Assembly (NCBI GenBank): GCA_963934255.1
Contig: CAWVXU010000081.1
Span: 1 to 12,001, forward strand
Reading direction: 5' to 3'
Length of the DNA stretch: 12,001 nucleotides
Origin: an uncultured Fibrobacterales bacterium
GTDB taxonomy: Bacteria; Fibrobacterota; Fibrobacteria; Fibrobacterales; CAWVXU01
This document shows, piece by piece, positions 7,802 through 12,001 of the stretch. Numbering within the stretch: position 1 is the stretch's first letter; every line of letters begins with the position of its first letter. The position numbers were made by a program, and so were the translations under genes. The notes under the pieces were generated by a model. It was not told the origin of the DNA, ran no database searches, and worked only from the letters and a program-made list of their open reading frames with translations.

Positions 7802-8098
7802 CTACGGTCCTTATTTTTAAAATAAACGGTAAAATCATTTGAAAACCCCGTTGATTACTCTCTTGGGAAAATAGGAAATATACAAGAATTCTACCATTGA
7901 TAAAGAAGCTATTTTGAATTCGTAACAGTTGAAACAGTCTCGTTCCTTAGCCTAGATTCTCCTGCATCCACGTTTAATAAAATGTTGTCTGTTTGAACAG
8001 CTTATAAACACTTTTCAACCACATCCACATAAATCCTTTTCAATCAAAGTCATACAAATCTATCCTTACATTAGATAAACCTTTCATTGGAGCTTATG

Positions 8099-9526
8099 AT
8101 GAAATCACTTTTATTAATCCTAGCCACGTTACTTTTTTCAAGTTGTTTTTTATCTGACGATAAAGAGGATCAACTTGACTCAAATAGACTAGTCGAACCT
8201 GTGGATCAACTTGGATTTGAGACGATGCCTTCACTCATGGCAGAGCCGATGGTTTGGGGGTCATACTATGATATCGATGAAAGCGATTCAATTGTTGATG
8301 GAGATGCAGACCGAACCCAATTAGATCAATGCTCCGAAGACGAAGAAATTACATACCATTTCAACTATACCCCCTTATATTCTTCAAAAGAAGAGTTTAA
8401 AGCGACGATCGATTTTATTCAGGATGATAAAATTATAAACCCAGGTAAAATCTACCGTTTAGGGGATGCTCAATTCATTAGCGATGTCAATCGTGGTATT
8501 CATGTCTATGATTATACTGACCCAAATAATCCGATTAAACTTGGCTTTTTAAGTCTACCAGGTAATATCGATATCGCAATTATGGATGGAATACTCTATG
8601 CCAATAGTTTCTCTACACTGATTGCTATTGATGTTCGAGACCTTGCCAAACCAATTGTTAAGAAAATTCTATATGAAGCCTTTGAGCCTGTATACAAAAT
8701 GGGCTATCCGATGATAGAAAATGATGGCGGACTCGCCACAGCATGGCAACGGGATACTGTTTATACTTGTTATCAAAATTATTATAGGTACGATGATTGC
8801 ATAGATTGTGAGATACTACCACGTACCTACGATGCTGTCAGCACCGATCTACTAGAGCAGAGTGGGCCAGGCCAAGGTGGATCAATGGCAAGATTTGAAT
8901 TGGATGAAAACCATCTCTATGCAATTGATTTAAACAAACTCTATACCTTCAACATTCAAGTTCGAGAAGACCCTAAGAAATGGAGCCGTGACGAGGTTGG
9001 ATTTGGAGTTGAGACCATATTCCGACAAGACAGTGCACTCTATTTAGGAACTCAACGAGGCTTGATTATATTCGATATTTCTAAACCTTCCAACCCTGTC
9101 AAAGCATCTGAACTTTCACATACAGTGAGTTGTGACCCTGTTGTTGTTCAAGATGGCTTAGCCTATGTCACCTTGAGAAGCGGCACTGCATGTTGGGGAG
9201 GCGATAACGAGTTACAGATCGTAGATGTACAAGATATTTATGCACCTTCACTTATAGAGACTCATGCTATGCACAATCCACATGGTTTAGCTATTCAAGG
9301 AGATCTGCTCTACATCTGCGAGGGCGATGCAGGATTAAAAGTATTCAAATTAGAAGAAGGGCTCTCGCCAGTATTACAAAGTCATCTAGATGGTTTCCAT
9401 GCTAAGGATATTATCATTGATGCCACGACTGCATACATTACCGGTGAGGGAGGCATGCGTGTCTATGATATTAGCGACCCTACGAATCTCCAATTACTGT
9501 CTGAACAAAAACAGACATTAGACTAG
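8099..9526 (+). CDS. LVIVD-repeat (beta-propeller) lipoprotein
   Basis: Start moved to ATG 8099 (or 8096) after GGAG at 8089-8092; lipobox FSS-C. Repeats IHVYDYTDPNNP, LIAIDVRDLAKP, LIIFDISKPSNP, LQIVDVQDIYAP and MRVYDISDPTN; also GQGGSMARF and SCDPVVV..AYVTLRSG motifs. Confidence 0.9.
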   Translation: MKSLLLILATLLFSSCFLSDDKEDQLDSNRLVEPVDQLGFETMPSLMAEPMVWGSYYDIDESDSIVDGDADRTQLDQCSEDEEITYHFNYTPLYSSKEEFKATIDFIQDDKIINPGKIYRLGDAQFISDVNRGIHVYDYTDPNNPIKLGFLSLPGNIDIAIMDGILYANSFSTLIAIDVRDLAKPIVKKILYEAFEPVYKMGYPMIENDGGLATAWQRDTVYTCYQNYYRYDDCIDCEILPRTYDAVSTDLLEQSGPGQGGSMARFELDENHLYAIDLNKLYTFNIQVREDPKKWSRDEVGFGVETIFRQDSALYLGTQRGLIIFDISKPSNPVKASELSHTVSCDPVVVQDGLAYVTLRSGTACWGGDNELQIVDVQDIYAPSLIETHAMHNPHGLAIQGDLLYICEGDAGLKVFKLEEGLSPVLQSHLDGFHAKDIIIDATTAYITGEGGMRVYDISDPTNLQLLSEQKQTLD

Positions 9527-9757
9527 TTAGTGAACTCTGATTTCATATCCTGAAGTGGGAGCTTTTTTCACCCAATGATCTTTTAGCCGTTTGTTCTTAG
9601 AGTATCCGTGGCGTTCCCAAACCAATTCACCTGTATTTACCAAATACCTCCGTTCAAATGGAGGGTCATGCTCAAGACTACCAGGATAGGACACTTGAAT
9701 TAACTGATTTGCGTCAACAGTATAATCATATGTCATCACATAGGTGTCGTTTCGCAC
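9527..9757 (-). CDS. Small hypothetical protein, or the 3' remnant of a longer gene
   Basis: 76-codon ORF from GTG with no clear RBS. The frame continues upstream through one TAG (9797-9799) to the clpS stop codon. Confidence 0.4.
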   Translation of the reverse strand: MRNDTYVMTYDYTVDANQLIQVSYPGSLEHDPPFERRYLVNTGELVWERHGYSKNKRLKDHWVKKAPTSGYEIRVH

Positions 9758-9874
9758 CTCAATGGAATAACTATTTATTGAATAAAAGATGGCCCCCTAG
9801 AGAACTCCCTCTAACTCTTCTGTTGTGATTGGAAGCTGCTTGATGTGTTGTGAAAAACTAGGTTCATCAAATAT

Positions 9875-10192
9875 TTAAAACGCTTCAACAGCACTCTCCA
9901 TCGAGTGAATGGACCTCGGCATACGATAATCAGGCCCATAACCATTAATCTGATTACTCACTTCAATACACTTCTCACGTTCGCCATAAAAAACAATCGT
10001 CCGACCAGTCAGGTCTACTTCGACAGCACATCGAAATGACTGCTCACGAGTGAGCTTACAGATCTTAGTCAGTATCTCCACCACATAATCATAGGAGTGG
10101 TCTTCATCATTAAAGAGAATCACCTTAAACTGTTTCTCAACTTTCGTTGAGGTCATAGTTTCTATTTCTTCGAGTACGCTAGGTGATGGCAT
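9875..10192 (-). CDS. clpS: ATP-dependent Clp protease adaptor ClpS
   Basis: FKVILFNDEDHSYDYVVEIL and EVDLTGRTIV match the ClpS core (V.L.NDD...FV..L; VH..G...V); 105 aa. Confidence 0.92.
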   Translation of the reverse strand: MPSPSVLEEIETMTSTKVEKQFKVILFNDEDHSYDYVVEILTKICKLTREQSFRCAVEVDLTGRTIVFYGEREKCIEVSNQINGYGPDYRMPRSIHSMESAVEAF

Positions 10193-10708
10193 TTATTCTC
10201 CTGAACAACTGGCACGATTCCAAAACCAAGACCAAGCAAGCCTCTGCTCACCTGGTAGGAAATCTGGAACTTTTTCAAAATGGTAATGAAGAAACTGAAT
10301 AATCAATCCTATCTCTTGAGCACAGAAATAATTCTGACGACTCTCTAAAAAGACCAGATCATTCAAACTATCTTCAGGGATATAATGGATTAAAGGGTTG
10401 AAACCCTTGGGGTCATCTTCATTTAAAATAACCTCCATGTAACGATCAAAAAATGAATTGACTAATTGAGTGTTCTCGTCGTCATGATCTCCCATAATCT
10501 TCTGAAAAGTTTCTACACCTTCGGGGCTTCTCTTGAGGGCATAAACAAAAAGTGGCAAGGCGCTATCGGGAACTTTATCAGCAACTTTGAGTAACTCTCT
10601 AGAAGGCAAACAACTCAATTCTTCAAGACTTCGAAGTGGCGTCGAACATATCTGATTTAGAAAGGCTAAAAATTGGCTTTCGTATCTTTCTAAAAATTCA
10701 TCACTCAC
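10193..10708 (-). CDS. Hypothetical protein (acidic, probably helical)
   Basis: 171-aa ORF with GGGAG upstream of the GTG; its TAA directly abuts the clpS ATG. No family recognised. Confidence 0.7.
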   Translation of the reverse strand: MSDEFLERYESQFLAFLNQICSTPLRSLEELSCLPSRELLKVADKVPDSALPLFVYALKRSPEGVETFQKIMGDHDDENTQLVNSFFDRYMEVILNEDDPKGFNPLIHYIPEDSLNDLVFLESRQNYFCAQEIGLIIQFLHYHFEKVPDFLPGEQRLAWSWFWNRASCSGE

Positions 10709-10880
10709 TGAAGCTCTACTCCCAATTGTTATTATTTCTATTATCCTACTTTAAAATAAGATTATTCAAGCTCACTCTGATTAACTGACACGAAAGTAGT
10801 TGAGAAAATAGAGGTAATTTAGGCAAAATCCTTGTTAGCGAGCAAAGTGAAGTAGAAAATGGGAATCCAGGTTCTAATAT

Positions 10881-10910
10881 TTAGACTGATTTAGACCGAG
10901 CTAGACCAAA
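10881..10910. repeat. Three direct repeats with 10-bp period and a TAGAC core
   Basis: TTAGACTGAT / TTAGACCGAG / CTAGACCAAA start at 10881, 10891 and 10901. Confidence 0.65.
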
Positions 10911-10918
10911 AGCTTTAA

Positions 10919-12001
10919 TTAAACTCGATTAGACTCAATAAAATTTTTAACCCAAATATTAAACTGAGTGCCACGATCTTTATAGTTCTTAAACAAACCA
11001 AAGCTAGCACAAGCCGGTGATAACAAAAGCGTCCCACCTATACTGGACTCAACCTCTGACTCTTCTCCTAATCCTTCAACACCCAACTCGCAAGCTTCAG
11101 ACAAGGATTGTGCTTCTTTAATCACCAAAGAGTTGACTGAGTCACGCTCGGAAATTAAACTCTTGAGACGAGCCGAGGTCAACCCAATCAGGATGATGAA
11201 TTTTAAACTCCGATGTACAGAAATTGCCTCGGCAAGTTCATCAAAGTCAGCGTATTTTTCGGAGCCACCTAAGATAAGCGCCAAAGGCTCTTCTTGAACC
11301 ATATTGATAGCAGCAATTGTTGCGTCAGGTCTAGTGGCGTAAGAGTCATTTATAAAACGAATCCCCGCCTGATTACCCACCACTTGAGCCCGCATATCCA
11401 AGCCAGGGAAAGTTTTTATAGCATCGATTGCTTCACTTGAATCAATATTCATTAATCTCGCAGCCAGATAAGCCGCACTTAAATTTTCTCGTTGATGAGG
11501 CCCCAATAAAAGACCATCTTTTAGAAAATAAACACCCGAATCAAAATGAATCGGACCATTGAGTTCATCAAGCTCATAGTGAGCCTTCAAGCCCAAATCG
11601 CTATTTGATCCTACCTCATGATCACCAAAAGAAATGACTTTTGCCAAAGAGTCCTGAGCCATTGAAACAGCATGAGCTGAATCAGCATTGACGATTAAAA
11701 ATTGTTCAGAAGACTGCCTAGATGTTAACTGAGTCTTGGCCCACAAATATTCTTCTTGATCCACATGCCAGTCCAAATGCTCTGAAGTCGTGCGTAAGAA
11801 TATCGAAATATCAAACCCTCCACGACCTTCACTTCGCCCCGCAAAATCCATTAACTGAAATGATGAAAGTTCAAGTATGACAAAATCTAAATCGTCTAGC
11901 TGAGCAATCAAATCCAACATGGCCAAACCGAAGTTACCCCCGATTTGGGTGCGCACACCAGAAGCATCACAGATGTGCTTGAGCACAGAGCAAGTAGTCC
12001 C
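10919..12001 (-). CDS. murD: UDP-N-acetylmuramoyl-L-alanine--D-glutamate ligase; 3' part, runs off the right edge
   Basis: The frame is open to 12001 (GTTCSVLKH, the end of the P-loop), so 11986 is not the start. Motifs: GGNFG, ELSSFQL, EHLDWH, NDSYAT, LILGGSEK and LLSPACASFGLFKNYKDRG. Confidence 0.96.
   Translation of the reverse strand, partial: GTTCSVLKHICDASGVRTQIGGNFGLAMLDLIAQLDDLDFVILELSSFQLMDFAGRSEGRGGFDISIFLRTTSEHLDWHVDQEEYLWAKTQLTSRQSSEQFLIVNADSAHAVSMAQDSLAKVISFGDHEVGSNSDLGLKAHYELDELNGPIHFDSGVYFLKDGLLLGPHQRENLSAAYLAARLMNIDSSEAIDAIKTFPGLDMRAQVVGNQAGIRFINDSYATRPDATIAAINMVQEEPLALILGGSEKYADFDELAEAISVHRSLKFIILIGLTSARLKSLISERDSVNSLVIKEAQSLSEACELGVEGLGEESEVESSIGGTLLLSPACASFGLFKNYKDRGTQFNIWVKNFIESNRV

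Noticed and set aside
911..9799. Genome-wide TAG reassignment suggested by two in-frame TAGs
   Set aside because: The long conserved genes contain no internal TAG, and TAG ends the PIG-L and LVIVD genes at plausible termini.
10881..10910. TAGAC repeats as a CRISPR array or MraZ boxes
   Set aside because: Units are far too short for CRISPR and have no spacers. They lack the GTGG/TGGG core and lie downstream of murD.
1..12001. Defence system, prophage, transposase, tRNA or rRNA
   Set aside because: No nuclease, reverse transcriptase, integrase, transposase or RNA-gene signature recognised.

Overview
AT-rich bacterial chromosomal window with no rRNA, tRNA, CRISPR array or mobile element that I can support. 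From left to right it contains: the 5' part of a DAO/ThiO-like FAD oxidase (minus strand, absent from the ORF track), a possible interrupted small ORF, a VF530/DUF2132 gene, a Ser-linker lipoprotein with a PIG-L deacetylase domain followed 10 bp later by a PA4780-type RIO1 kinase, a large modular surface protein, a secreted GH20 hexosaminidase, an LVIVD-repeat lipoprotein, a short ORF or gene remnant, clpS, a hypothetical gene and the 3' part of murD. The Ser-rich linkers and the surface-protein C-terminus resemble Fibrobacterota proteins, so that host phylum is my inference. The most interesting signals are (i) four exported proteins, two from GlcNAc-acting families, around a perfect 16-bp palindrome fitting the GntR/HutC operator pattern, and (ii) a surface protein in which a jelly-roll domain appears inserted inside an Ig-like domain on a fibro-slime-like scaffold. 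All family calls come from motif recognition by eye, not database searches.
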